A stretch of DNA of 64,000 bases from an uncultured Gammaproteobacteria bacterium (lineage in GTDB: Bacteria > Patescibacteriota > Microgenomatia > Daviesbacterales > UBA10151), in the NCBI GenBank assembly GCA_964390595.1, contig CAYMIA010000004.1:4023-68022 (forward strand), written 5' to 3'. Of this stretch, positions 1-9,393 are shown piece by piece; positions within the stretch are counted from its first letter, which is position 1; the number at the start of each line of letters is the position of its first letter. A model generated the notes under the pieces. The model had not been told where the DNA came from, ran no database searches, and saw only the letters and a list, made by a program, of their open reading frames with translations. The position numbers and the translations under genes were made by a program.

Positions 1-201
1 CATCAGAGATGATTGGATTTTGAACTGGCATTTTGTAAAAATCAAACCAAGGTGAATAGCTACTGATTAATAGATCCCCAGGAAATGGGATTTTACCAAA
101 TGCGAAAAGTTTATAGTAAAGGGTAATAATAACTAAAATCAACAGAACTGGGACAATAATTTTTTGATTTTGGAATAAAAATTTTTGTAATTGATTCATC
201 T
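1..201 (-). CDS. 5'-partial membrane protein (N-terminus only; YfhO-like polytopic membrane protein family suspected); continues beyond window start
   Basis: The reverse complement of 199-201 is ATG. It translates to MNQLQKFLFQNQKIIVPVLLILVIITLYYKLFAFGKIPFPGDLLISSYSPWFDF... with one clear N-terminal TM helix. The reading frame stays open to nt 1. It is not in the ORF track because it runs off the window edge. Confidence 0.4.
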
Positions 202-240
202 TGCCTTTTAAAGTAGCTTAAAATCTTGTAATATGTTTAT

Positions 241-1146
241 GTGCAAGGGAAAATTTCCGTTGTTATTAATACTATAAACGAAGAGAAATCGATTGAGCAA
301 GCGATCCGCTCAGTTTTGGGATTTGCCGATGAGATTTTGGTTTGTGATATGCATTCTCACGACAATACTGCAGTTATCGCTAAAAAACTTGGTGCAACGG
401 TTATTTTTCATAAACCACTAAGCTTTGTTGAGCCAGCCCGCAATTTTGCTATCTCCAAAGCCTCTCATGAGTGGATTTTAGTTTTGGATCCGGATGAAGA
501 AATTCCTGAGTCACTATCCAAAGAGTTAAAAAGTATGGTAGACAGGCCAGTTGTGTCAACTTTTGTGGAGCTACCCAGAAAAAATTTAATTTTTGGTAAG
601 TGGATGAAGGCGGCGATGTGGTGGCCAGATTATAATATCCGTTTTTTTAAAGCAGGGAGTGTAGTTTGGAGTGACCGGATTCATATTCCGCCAAAGACTG
701 AAGGTCAAGGAATTAGGTTGCCTGAAGATGAGCGGTTTGCAATCATCCATCATCACTACGATAGTATCTCCCAATATCTAAAAAGACTAGACCGGTATAC
801 AGATGCTCAGGCCAGTGAGTTGCACAAAGATGGAGTCCGTTTTAAATGGGAGGATTTAATCAGCAAGCCATTGTCCGAGTTTTTGAGTAGATATTTTGCC
901 AACAGAGGATTTGAGGATGGGTTACATGGACTCTCGCTTAGCCTTTTGCAGGCTTTTTCCTTTCTAATAGTCTATCTAAAGCTTTGGGAGAAGGGTGAGT
1001 TTAAGACAGAAAATGTCACTTTAGAAGAAGTAAAGCAAGAATTTGATAAAGGTGGTAGCGAGCTTGCTTATTGGTTTAAATACGGCAATCTTTCTAAAAA
1101 CCCTCTCAAAAGATTTTTGCAGAGAGCCAAGAATAAACTACCCTAA
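241..1146 (+). CDS. family 2 glycosyltransferase (GT-A fold)
   Basis: GTG start. The N-terminus ISVVINTINEEKSIEQAIRSVLGFADEILVCDMHSHDNT and a DPDE acidic motif are typical of GT2. It is a paralog of the GT2s at 2011, 15966 and 48998 (shared WILVLDPDE / FGKWM..WPD..IRFFK segments). Confidence 0.8.
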   Translation: MQGKISVVINTINEEKSIEQAIRSVLGFADEILVCDMHSHDNTAVIAKKLGATVIFHKPLSFVEPARNFAISKASHEWILVLDPDEEIPESLSKELKSMVDRPVVSTFVELPRKNLIFGKWMKAAMWWPDYNIRFFKAGSVVWSDRIHIPPKTEGQGIRLPEDERFAIIHHHYDSISQYLKRLDRYTDAQASELHKDGVRFKWEDLISKPLSEFLSRYFANRGFEDGLHGLSLSLLQAFSFLIVYLKLWEKGEFKTENVTLEEVKQEFDKGGSELAYWFKYGNLSKNPLKRFLQRAKNKLP

Positions 1147-1152
1147 CTCTTC

Positions 1153-2010
1153 ATGAAAAAAGTTGGAGTTGTCATTTTAAATTATAAGGTCAAGGATTTA
1201 GCGATTCGGGCGGTTAAATCAGTTCTAGATTCGACATATCCAGAGCTGAGTATTATTGTCGTGGACAACAATTCAAAGGATGGTTTAGGTGAAGAGCTTA
1301 CAAAAGATCGATCAGTTATCTTTATCCAAAATTCAGCGAATCTTGGTTTTACTGGTGGAAATAATGTGGGAATAAAAAAAGCTTTAAATATGGGAGCAGA
1401 GTTGGTATTTATGTTAAACCCAGACGCTTACGTTGAAAAGGATACCATAGAAAAATTGGTCACCGGTTTGGAAAGATATCATGCGGGAATTGTTAATCCC
1501 AAGATCTATTTTGATAACTCGAAAACGATTTGGTTTGCGGGGAAAAAGTTTGATTATAAAAATGTGTTAGCCTCCCATATTGGAGTTGATAAAGAAGATC
1601 ATGGTCAATTTGATGAAGAAAAGGAGCTGGAAGATGCAACAGGTGCGGCACTCTTGATATCCAAAGAAGTTTTGGAAAAAGTGGGGGATTTTGATGACAG
1701 ATATTTTCTATATTATGAAGAAAGTGATCTGGTTTACCGGGCTAAAAAAGCTGGTTTTAAAGCTTATTATATTCCGAGCGCAGTGGTTTATCATAAGAAT
1801 GCTCAGTCAACTGGGGTGGGTTCACCGTTGCAGGATTATTTTATAACTAGAAACCGGATGCTTTTTGCATCAAAGTTTTTGCCCTTCCGAACTAGATTTG
1901 CGCTTTTCCGTGAGGCGTTAAGGCATCTCGGAAATCCTAACCGGAGACTGGCTCTGTTTGATTTTTTAACTGGTAAATTTGGTCAAGGAAGTTTTAAAAT
2001 GGATAGATAG
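1153..2010 (+). CDS. family 2 glycosyltransferase (rhamnosyltransferase-like subgroup)
   Basis: VGVVILNYK...IIVVDNNSKDG, NLGFTGGNN, a DAY motif and ATGAALLISKEVLEKVGDFDDRYFLYYEESDLVYR are all typical of GT2_2-type enzymes. Confidence 0.8.
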   Translation: MKKVGVVILNYKVKDLAIRAVKSVLDSTYPELSIIVVDNNSKDGLGEELTKDRSVIFIQNSANLGFTGGNNVGIKKALNMGAELVFMLNPDAYVEKDTIEKLVTGLERYHAGIVNPKIYFDNSKTIWFAGKKFDYKNVLASHIGVDKEDHGQFDEEKELEDATGAALLISKEVLEKVGDFDDRYFLYYEESDLVYRAKKAGFKAYYIPSAVVYHKNAQSTGVGSPLQDYFITRNRMLFASKFLPFRTRFALFREALRHLGNPNRRLALFDFLTGKFGQGSFKMDR

Positions 2011-2817
2011 ATGTTAAGTGTGATTGTTTTAACCCATAATGAAGAAGACCGGATTAAGGCTTGCCTGGAGTCTGTAAAGTGGGCTGATGAATTGATTGTC
2101 ATTGATGAAAAATCAACTGATCAAACTTTGGAGATCTCCAAAAAATATACTCCGAATGTTTTTTCCTTAAATACCACTGATTTTTCTGCTCGGCGGAATT
2201 TGGGGATGGAGAAATCAAAAGGTGATTGGGTTGTTTACATTGATGCTGACGAAAGGGTTCTGCAGCCGTTAAAGGAGGAGATTATCAAAATCACCGGTGA
2301 TGATAAAGCTAAATCAGCGTATGCGCTTGGTCGGGTAAATGTAATATTTGGTCAAGAAGTCTCTTACGGTCCATATAAAAACGATTGGATGATCCGAATG
2401 TTCAAAAGATCCGATTTTAAAACTTGGGTTGGTGAGGTTCATGAGCATGGGGAATTTTCTGGAGAGTTGGGTTATGCCAAAAATAAATTATTGCATTTAA
2501 CTCACCGGAACTTAGATCAATTTATGACCAAAGCATTAAATTGGTCGAAGATAGATGCCAAGTTAAGATTAGATTCTGGACATCCGGTAATGACAAAGTG
2601 GCGATTTATTAGAATTCTGCTAACTGAAACTTATCAGCAAGGAATAAGAAGAAGAGGATTTTTTGGAGGAACGGTTGGTTTTATTGACTCAATGCTTCAA
2701 GTAGTATTTTTCTTCTTAACCTATGTCCGGCTTTGGGAGATGCAACAGCCGAAGTCTCTAGATCTGGCTTACGATGAGTTAGATAAAAAATTAATTGAGA
2801 ATGGGTTTAATTACTGA
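2011..2817 (+). CDS. family 2 glycosyltransferase
   Basis: MLSVIVLTHNEEDRIKACLESVKWADELIVIDEKSTDQT and a YIDADE motif. It is a paralog of the 241 and 15966 genes. The start follows directly on the upstream stop. Confidence 0.8.
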   Translation: MLSVIVLTHNEEDRIKACLESVKWADELIVIDEKSTDQTLEISKKYTPNVFSLNTTDFSARRNLGMEKSKGDWVVYIDADERVLQPLKEEIIKITGDDKAKSAYALGRVNVIFGQEVSYGPYKNDWMIRMFKRSDFKTWVGEVHEHGEFSGELGYAKNKLLHLTHRNLDQFMTKALNWSKIDAKLRLDSGHPVMTKWRFIRILLTETYQQGIRRRGFFGGTVGFIDSMLQVVFFFLTYVRLWEMQQPKSLDLAYDELDKKLIENGFNY

Positions 2818-3893
2818 TGAGGTTTGCAGTTTATTCACCTTATTTAGATACCTTTGGAGGTGGCGAAAAGTATCTTTTAACGATCGCTGAGGCTTTAACT
2901 AAATTGGGGGAGGTGGATCTGTTAATTGATACAAATTTAGCTAAAAAAAATCCTAGAAAATTAAAAGAGGTGTTGGCGGACCGTTTTGCGCTGGATCTTG
3001 ATCAAGTCAATTTAGTTAATGCGCCTTTGGGGGCAGGAACCAATTTAGTTTCCAGGGCACTTTTTTTAAAGAAGTATCAGCTGCTTTTTTCTTTCACAGA
3101 TGGGAGTATTTTTTATGCTAGCGCTAAAAAAAATATCCTTCATATTCAAACTCCGCTTGCTAATATTAATTCAAAAAATATTTGGGGGAAAATTAAACTG
3201 AACAGTTGGGATTTAGTAGTTTATAATTCCCAATTTACCAAAAAAAATTCACAGAAAAATTGGTCAATTCCTGGGGAGGTAGTTTACCCGCCAGTTGATG
3301 TGGAAAAAATTGCTCCTTTGGAAAAGAAGAACTATATTTTAAATGTAGGTAGATTTTTTGGTTATCTAAAGATCAAAAAACATGAGTTAATGATTGAAGT
3401 TTTTAAAGAGTTAATTGATACGGGAGAATTAAAAGGATGGGAGTTATATTTAGTGGGGGCGGCAACTGAGGGAGACTTAGAGTATGTTGATGAGTTGAAA
3501 AAAATGGCTAAAGGCTACCCTGTTATATTTGAGGTGAATGCTTCATATGAGCAGTTAGTGAAGCTTTATGGAGAATCAAAAATTTATTGGCATGCGATGG
3601 GCTATGGTGAAGATGATCCAACTAAGATGGAGCATTTTGGAATATCCACAGTTGAGGCGATGTCTGGTGGATGTGTGCCGGTAGTGATTAATAAAGGAGG
3701 GCAACCGGAAATTGTTGAGGATAGAGTATCTGGTTTTTTGTGGGACGAGACCAATCATTTAAAAAAACAAACTTTAACTCTAGTTAAAGACAAAGATATT
3801 TGGAGAAAGTTATCGGTAGAGGCCAGAGTCCGGTCTAGGCAGTTTGGAAAAGAGCATTTTGTTAAAAAAATCTGGGAGCTAGCCAGGAAATGA
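2817..3893 (+). CDS. family 4 glycosyltransferase (GT-B fold)
   Basis: The C-terminal EHFGISTVEAMSGGCVPVVINKGGQPEIVED segment carries the E-x7-E motif of retaining GT4 enzymes. The ATG overlaps the upstream stop (TGATG). Confidence 0.8.
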   Translation: MRFAVYSPYLDTFGGGEKYLLTIAEALTKLGEVDLLIDTNLAKKNPRKLKEVLADRFALDLDQVNLVNAPLGAGTNLVSRALFLKKYQLLFSFTDGSIFYASAKKNILHIQTPLANINSKNIWGKIKLNSWDLVVYNSQFTKKNSQKNWSIPGEVVYPPVDVEKIAPLEKKNYILNVGRFFGYLKIKKHELMIEVFKELIDTGELKGWELYLVGAATEGDLEYVDELKKMAKGYPVIFEVNASYEQLVKLYGESKIYWHAMGYGEDDPTKMEHFGISTVEAMSGGCVPVVINKGGQPEIVEDRVSGFLWDETNHLKKQTLTLVKDKDIWRKLSVEARVRSRQFGKEHFVKKIWELARK

Positions 3894-5572
3894 TTAAAAA
3901 AAATTGGTTAGTCTTGGGTTTAGTGGGAATTTTTATTGCCGCCTTTGTAGTGCGGGTCTACCAGCTAAACTTAGTGCCAATTGAACTTTTTGGGGATGAA
4001 ATTGATGTTGGTTTGCAAGCCAATTCAATTTTAAAGACTGGTAATGATTATTTGGGAAATACTTTTCCGGTCATGTTTCACTCATTTGCTGAGTATCGCT
4101 TGCCCCTTTTTATCTATAGCGATGTACCTTTTGTTGCTTTATTCGGGTTAAATGAATGGGGGGTCAGGTTCTCGGGAGTTTTTTGGGGGATGCTGGGCGT
4201 TTTGGGGATGTATCTGCTTTCAAATAAATTATTGGGGCGAAAAGTTGCTCTGATATCAACGGGTCTGCTAGCTTTTTCGGCTTGGCATATTCAGCTATCA
4301 AGACAAGGTGGAGTTGAGGCGATTATGTTGCTCACTTTTCTAATTTTTGGAGTTTGGAGTTTTTTAAAAGGATTGGATAAATTTAGTTGGCTTATTATCA
4401 GCGTAGTCATCTTTGGACTGTCTTTTTATACTTATGCAATAGCCGATGTTTTAACACCACTTTTTATACTGATGCTTTTAGGTTTGTACCCAAAAAAACT
4501 AAGAGCTTTTGGACTTAGAAAAGCGGCTGTTTTACTGGTTGTTTTGGTGGTAGTTCTTTTACCTTTTATTAATATTACTTTGCAACAGAAATCAACAAAC
4601 CGTTTCTCAAATATATCTATTCTTCATGACTCTAAAATAATACAAAAGGACATCGATGATAGAAGAAAACAAGAAAATCTTTCGTTTGGTTCAGCGGTTT
4701 GGCATAATAAAGTGCTGTCTTTCACAGATTCCTTTTTGCATAATTATTTAGAAAGTTTTTCAAGCGAATTTTTGATTATCAGGGGTGATCCCAATTTACG
4801 CCAATCAGTGGCTGACCGTGGGCAGCTTTATATATTTGAGGTCATAATTTTACTTTTGGGAGTGTATTTTTTTATTGTCAACAAAAAGTTCCCGAAGCTT
4901 TTAATCGGCTGGCTGATTTTGAGTCCAATTCCTGCCGGTTTAACAATTGGTGGGGGAAATCATGCTTCAAGGTTGCTACCAATGTTAATTCCACTCGAGA
5001 TTATAGCTGCTGTTGGGTTATCTTTTTTGTTTGAGCGCAAGAGACTTAAATCTTTTCAAGTTGTCATAGCAGTTGTGGCAGTTCTAGCTTTAATTAACAT
5101 CTCCAGTTACCTTTACCGGTATTACTATGATTGGTCAAAAGATAGTTGGAAATTTTGGCAGTATGGTTATAAGCAGGCGGTAACTTATATCAAGGCCCAT
5201 GACAGCGAATACTCAAAAATTTATTTTAATAACTCATATGAGCCGGCCTTGCCCCGTTTCCTTTTTTGGTATGGATATGATCCAGCTTTATTCCAGCAGC
5301 AGTTTAAAACAGACAAACCAACAGATAACTTAGCTGATGGATTTTCTGGTTTTTCTTTAGGGGATAAATATTTCTTCGGAACTATCACAGATGCAGACAG
5401 AAGAAGAGGTTTGTCAGTCTTGCTGAAACAAAATGAACTGTATATGGTCAGCAGTAAGGATGAAGCTTTTGAGCTAAATTGGGCAAATGAGCTTCCAGTA
5501 GGTTTGCATACTCTTAAAACTGTCTTTAGTCCTTTTAACGATCCTATTTTTTATATAGTAGCAAAGCGGTAG
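3890..5572 (+). CDS. ArnT/PMT-family (GT-C, GT39/GT83-like) polyprenyl-phosphate-sugar dependent membrane glycosyltransferase
   Basis: About 12 predicted TM helices. The N-terminal loop LFGDEIDVGLQANSILKTGNDYLGNTFPVMFHSFAEYRLPLFIY matches the conserved first periplasmic loop of the ArnT/PMT family. It is a paralog of the 11049, 12625 and 14331 genes. Confidence 0.7.
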   Translation: MIKKNWLVLGLVGIFIAAFVVRVYQLNLVPIELFGDEIDVGLQANSILKTGNDYLGNTFPVMFHSFAEYRLPLFIYSDVPFVALFGLNEWGVRFSGVFWGMLGVLGMYLLSNKLLGRKVALISTGLLAFSAWHIQLSRQGGVEAIMLLTFLIFGVWSFLKGLDKFSWLIISVVIFGLSFYTYAIADVLTPLFILMLLGLYPKKLRAFGLRKAAVLLVVLVVVLLPFINITLQQKSTNRFSNISILHDSKIIQKDIDDRRKQENLSFGSAVWHNKVLSFTDSFLHNYLESFSSEFLIIRGDPNLRQSVADRGQLYIFEVIILLLGVYFFIVNKKFPKLLIGWLILSPIPAGLTIGGGNHASRLLPMLIPLEIIAAVGLSFLFERKRLKSFQVVIAVVAVLALINISSYLYRYYYDWSKDSWKFWQYGYKQAVTYIKAHDSEYSKIYFNNSYEPALPRFLFWYGYDPALFQQQFKTDKPTDNLADGFSGFSLGDKYFFGTITDADRRRGLSVLLKQNELYMVSSKDEAFELNWANELPVGLHTLKTVFSPFNDPIFYIVAKR

Positions 5573-5581
5573 AATTGATCT

Positions 5582-6853
5582 ATGAGCAAAGCATTTATAT
5601 CAGTCCTAGTTATTGGAGTTTTAATCAGACTGCTATTTTCTTTCAGCACTTTTCATACAGACATCCGGGCATTCGATTTAGGAGGGCAGATTGTCTCCCG
5701 CGGTCACATCTGGGATTTATATGATTATTTGGCTACCCTAGATCCAAAAGATCCATTGGTTGAGGTCTATAAGTCGGATTTGTTTATCTATCCGCCAGCG
5801 ATTTATCTATTACATGGAATCTTTAGCTCAGTTTTTTCTTCGTTTTTGCCTGCTCCGCTACTGCGCCAATTTTTAGTGGATTATAGTTTGACCTTTGGAA
5901 ATATTTTAATTAACTTGCATCTGCTGTTTTTAAAGCTACCTTATTTAATATTTGATATTGGTTGTGCTTTTTTACTAGCCAAGTTATTTACTGAGAAAAA
6001 ACAACAATTGCAAGCATTTAGTTTGTGGATGTTTAATCCAGTGACTATTTACGCTAGTTTTATGATGGGTCAGTTTGATGTCATACCAACTTTTTTTGTA
6101 ATACTGTCTTTGGTAGTTTTAAAAAAAAGGTGGTTGTTTTTAAGACTCGAGCCACTTTTTGTTAGTGCAATTTGTTTGGGGGTGGGGGCAGCTTTTAAAA
6201 TTTATCCATTGTTTTTGCTGATACCTTTAGCGAGTCTAACTACAGGTTGGAAAAAAAGATTTCTGATCTTACTTTTGGGAAGCTTGCCTTATTTTTTAAG
6301 CGTTTTTCCGTATTTATTTTCAGCTGGATACAGGTCTTCGGCTTTAGTGGCGGGACAGATACTAAAAAGTTTTTACGCAGTCGTTCCGATTTCGGCTGGG
6401 GAGAGTATTATTCTGTTCATGGGAGCGATGATTTTTTTGTTTTTACTCTTTTTGATAAAGAATTTGCCTAGTTCGCCGTCTCTTGTGGAAATGGCCTGGC
6501 GGAGATTTTTTACTATTTTACTGATCTTCTTTATCTTTACCCACTTCCATCCACAATGGTTTGTGTGGATAACGCCTTTTTTGATCATTGACCTGATTGA
6601 AAGCCGGTTCAAACATTGGTTGCTTGTTGTGGGAAGTCTGACCAGCTTTATAGGGATGCTTTTTTTCTTTGACCCTTCTTTGACCGTAGGGCTTTTTAGC
6701 CCAATTTGGAGTCAGTTAGGGCAAATGCCTAGTATTTGGCAGATATTAGGTAGATCGGTTGATTACAATTTGGCGAGAAGTTTGTTGCAGACAGGTTTAG
6801 TTGGTTGTGCTCTTTATTATATTTACGGGGTGTTAACCAAAGAAAAAATCTGA
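5582..6853 (+). CDS. polytopic membrane protein, GT87/DUF2029-like putative mannosyltransferase
   Basis: A multi-TM protein. The N-terminal loop DLYDYLATLDPKDPLVEVYKSDLFIYPPAIYLLHGIF resembles the DUF2029/GT87 signature (D..Y..a......Y......YPP). Confidence 0.5.
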   Translation: MSKAFISVLVIGVLIRLLFSFSTFHTDIRAFDLGGQIVSRGHIWDLYDYLATLDPKDPLVEVYKSDLFIYPPAIYLLHGIFSSVFSSFLPAPLLRQFLVDYSLTFGNILINLHLLFLKLPYLIFDIGCAFLLAKLFTEKKQQLQAFSLWMFNPVTIYASFMMGQFDVIPTFFVILSLVVLKKRWLFLRLEPLFVSAICLGVGAAFKIYPLFLLIPLASLTTGWKKRFLILLLGSLPYFLSVFPYLFSAGYRSSALVAGQILKSFYAVVPISAGESIILFMGAMIFLFLLFLIKNLPSSPSLVEMAWRRFFTILLIFFIFTHFHPQWFVWITPFLIIDLIESRFKHWLLVVGSLTSFIGMLFFFDPSLTVGLFSPIWSQLGQMPSIWQILGRSVDYNLARSLLQTGLVGCALYYIYGVLTKEKI

Positions 6854-9393
6854 TGAAACTTTCAGTAATTACAGTCACCTTTAACAATGAAGAAACAATT
6901 AGTGATCACCTGAAGTCTTTGCAAAAAACTTTGCCAGACCAGAGTGAGATTATTATTGTAGATAATGCTTCGTCGGATAGCACAGTTGAGATAGTTAAAA
7001 GTTTTAAAAGAGTTGAGTTAGTTTCTAACTCAGAGAATCTAGGTTTTTCTAAGGCTAATAATCAAGCTGCTAGAGTGGCCCGGGGTGAATTTTTATTTTT
7101 TATTAATCCTGATGTTCAAATTGAAGGTTCAATTAAGACCATGCTGGATTATATTGAAAGTAACCCTGAGGTGGGGATTTTAGCGCCAAAATTAATTGAC
7201 TCAACAGGTAAAACTCAGGAGTCGGTCTCCAAATTCCCAACTCTTTGGGGAGCGGTTAAGGAGTACCTACTGGATCAAAAAAACTCATACGATGAGTACG
7301 CGCCAAAAACAGACCAGCCAGTTGAAGTAGAGGTAGTATACGGCGCAGCGATGCTGCTACCCGCTCAAGTTTTTAAAAAAATTGGTGGATTCAATCAGAA
7401 ATATTTTCTTTTTTATGAAGATATTGATCTTTGTAAAAAAGTTCACCAACTAAGCTTGAAAGTGATTTATTTTCCTTCAGTTGTATTTAAACATTGGAAA
7501 GGGGTCAGTATGAAAGAGGCGGAAAGAATGCCTGTTGGAATCCGAACACTGTCTTGGTTTATACCGCTTCGAGCCAGTGGGAGTAGGTACTATATGATTA
7601 AAAGTACTCAACTTTATCATGGAGTAACTGTGGCAACTCTGATCCGGATTTTGATGTATTTGAGAACAAAAATAGAGCGGGTGAAATTGAATACTTTGGC
7701 TTGTCTTTTAATTATTTTAATTCTTAGTTTTCCTGCGGTTGCTCATTTAACTAAACCAGGTTTTTTTTCAATGCATGATGACATTCAGGTGATGCGGCTC
7801 TTTGAGATGAATAAGTGTTTGACTGATGGCCAGATTCCCTGCCGTTGGGTACCAGATATGGGAGCGGGTTTTGGACACCCACTTTTCAACTACCATCCGG
7901 TTTTGGGTTATTATACTGGAGCTTTAATTCACAGCTTGGGTTTTTCATATATTGATAGTGTCAAATTACTTTTTGCCCTGACGCTTGTTTTATCCGGTTT
8001 TTTTATGTTTTTTCTTACCCGGGAGTTTTTTGGCAAGTTAGCTGGAGTGGTGGCGGCAGTCTTCTTTGTTTATGCGCCGTATCATGCAGTGGATACATAC
8101 GTCAGAGGGGCGTTAACTGAAGATTTGGGGATACTGTTTTTACCGGTTATTTTTTTCTTTCTGTATAAGTATATTAAAAAACAGCACTTGGGGTTTTTTC
8201 TCGGGAGTATCCTATCTTTGTCAGCGCTTTTGTTAGCTCATAATATTACGGCGCTAATTTTTGTGCCAATAGCTTTAGTTTGGTCTTTGGTCTGGTTGGT
8301 TTATGAGCATAAATTGAAACTGCTTTGGTCTTTGGCGATGATTTTTGGTCTTTCGTTAGGGCTCTCGGCTTTTTTTGTTTTACCCTCAATTTTAGAGTTA
8401 AACCAGATTAATGTTTTGCAAAACTCTGGTTACTATAATTTCCATGATCATTTTGTATCTTTGGGCCAGCTGTTTCTTAAGAGAGAATTTGGTTATGGTG
8501 GTTCGCAGATTGGAAATGATGATTCATTGTCTTTTCAGATCGGTTGGCCACATTGGTGGATTTTGCTTTCATCGATAATTTTAGCAGTCATTTTGGCGAT
8601 AAAAAAGAAAAAATACCCAGTTGAGGTGATTTTTCTGATTTTGCTGACTGTAGGGGCGATTTTTATGACTCATTCTAAGTCAGTGGTGGTTTGGAACTTC
8701 TTTTCTTTTTTGACTTTTGTGCAATTTCCTTGGCGGTTTTTGGGAATTGTAATTTTTGGCTGTGCTTTTTTAGCGGCTTTTTTTATCAGTTTTTGGAGCA
8801 GGGGGGTAAAGTTTTTACTGACAGTGACATTAATTTTAATGGCAATTGTATTAAATGGTTATTATTTTCAGCCAGAGAAACACTTTTATGACCTAACCGA
8901 TCAGCAGATGTTAAGTGGAGAGAACTTTAAAAGACAGTCAATGACAACTTTGCTAGATTATGTTCCCAAAGATGTTAAAAAAGTTCCAGATCAGTTAGCT
9001 CCCAGCCGGCCTTATTCGAGTTTTCCTGAAGTGGAAAGTGGTGAGATGCAAAAAGGTTCTAACACCTGGAATTTTTTAGTCCAAAATCAGACTTCAATGC
9101 CTATTCTATTGCACATTCCAGTGTTTAATTACCCGCGGTGGAGAGTTTTAATAGATGGTAAAGACACCGTTGTTAGCAGTCAAGACCAAACGGGTGTTAT
9201 TGATATAATGGTGCCGGCTGGACAACATTTTGTCTTAGGCACGCTGACTAATACTTTTTGGCGAAGTTTTGGGAACAACTTATCGGTTGTAACTTTACTA
9301 GCCTTGATCCTTTTGGTTTTGACCCGCACCAAAGCATTGGGTACAATAGATTTAAGTGCTTGGATTAAAAATGCTCGCAAATCAACTGTTTAA
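6853..9393 (+). CDS. bifunctional fusion: N-terminal GT2 glycosyltransferase + C-terminal GT-C-like polytopic membrane domain
   Basis: The most likely real start is the ATG at 6853, overlapping the upstream TGA; the ORF track extends it to 6805. Residues 1-~250 are a GT2 (MKLSVITVTFNNEETI...IIIVDNASSDST...NLGFSKANN...FYEDIDLCKK). They are followed by about 600 aa with more than 10 TM helices. The segment FSMHDDIQVMRLFEMNKCLTDGQIPCRWVPDMGAGFGHPLFNYHP is collinear with the N-terminus of the next gene, and both share a QFPWRFLG motif. Confidence 0.65.
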   Translation: MKLSVITVTFNNEETISDHLKSLQKTLPDQSEIIIVDNASSDSTVEIVKSFKRVELVSNSENLGFSKANNQAARVARGEFLFFINPDVQIEGSIKTMLDYIESNPEVGILAPKLIDSTGKTQESVSKFPTLWGAVKEYLLDQKNSYDEYAPKTDQPVEVEVVYGAAMLLPAQVFKKIGGFNQKYFLFYEDIDLCKKVHQLSLKVIYFPSVVFKHWKGVSMKEAERMPVGIRTLSWFIPLRASGSRYYMIKSTQLYHGVTVATLIRILMYLRTKIERVKLNTLACLLIILILSFPAVAHLTKPGFFSMHDDIQVMRLFEMNKCLTDGQIPCRWVPDMGAGFGHPLFNYHPVLGYYTGALIHSLGFSYIDSVKLLFALTLVLSGFFMFFLTREFFGKLAGVVAAVFFVYAPYHAVDTYVRGALTEDLGILFLPVIFFFLYKYIKKQHLGFFLGSILSLSALLLAHNITALIFVPIALVWSLVWLVYEHKLKLLWSLAMIFGLSLGLSAFFVLPSILELNQINVLQNSGYYNFHDHFVSLGQLFLKREFGYGGSQIGNDDSLSFQIGWPHWWILLSSIILAVILAIKKKKYPVEVIFLILLTVGAIFMTHSKSVVVWNFFSFLTFVQFPWRFLGIVIFGCAFLAAFFISFWSRGVKFLLTVTLILMAIVLNGYYFQPEKHFYDLTDQQMLSGENFKRQSMTTLLDYVPKDVKKVPDQLAPSRPYSSFPEVESGEMQKGSNTWNFLVQNQTSMPILLHIPVFNYPRWRVLIDGKDTVVSSQDQTGVIDIMVPAGQHFVLGTLTNTFWRSFGNNLSVVTLLALILLVLTRTKALGTIDLSAWIKNARKSTV

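Noticed and set aside
586-774. Short antisense or alternate-frame ORFs from the six-frame track (60-137 aa). Examples are 586-774, 3576-3758, 6247-6471, 6373-6612, 8691-8891, 9180-9380, 11047-11331, 29582-29881, 37133-37543, 43316-43729, 49293-49607, 53398-53754 and 57147-57467.
   Set aside because: All lie entirely inside much longer, well-supported ORFs, on the opposite strand or in another frame. Their translations are low-complexity with no motifs, typical of spurious ORFs in AT-rich DNA.
6805-6852. A 16-codon upstream extension of the GT2 fusion gene (MCSLLYLRGVNQRKNL) as given in the ORF track.
   Set aside because: The ATG at 6853 gives the canonical GT2 N-terminus MKLSVITVTFNN and overlaps the upstream stop codon (TGATG). 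The extension would lie inside the preceding gene.
6853-9393. Considered that the GT2::membrane fusion is a frameshift artefact joining two genes.
   Set aside because: The reading frame is continuous. The linker region resembles the normal C-terminal tail of the rhamnosyltransferase-like GT2 paralogs. The membrane half begins exactly where the standalone paralog (9356) begins. It remains flagged for read-level verification.
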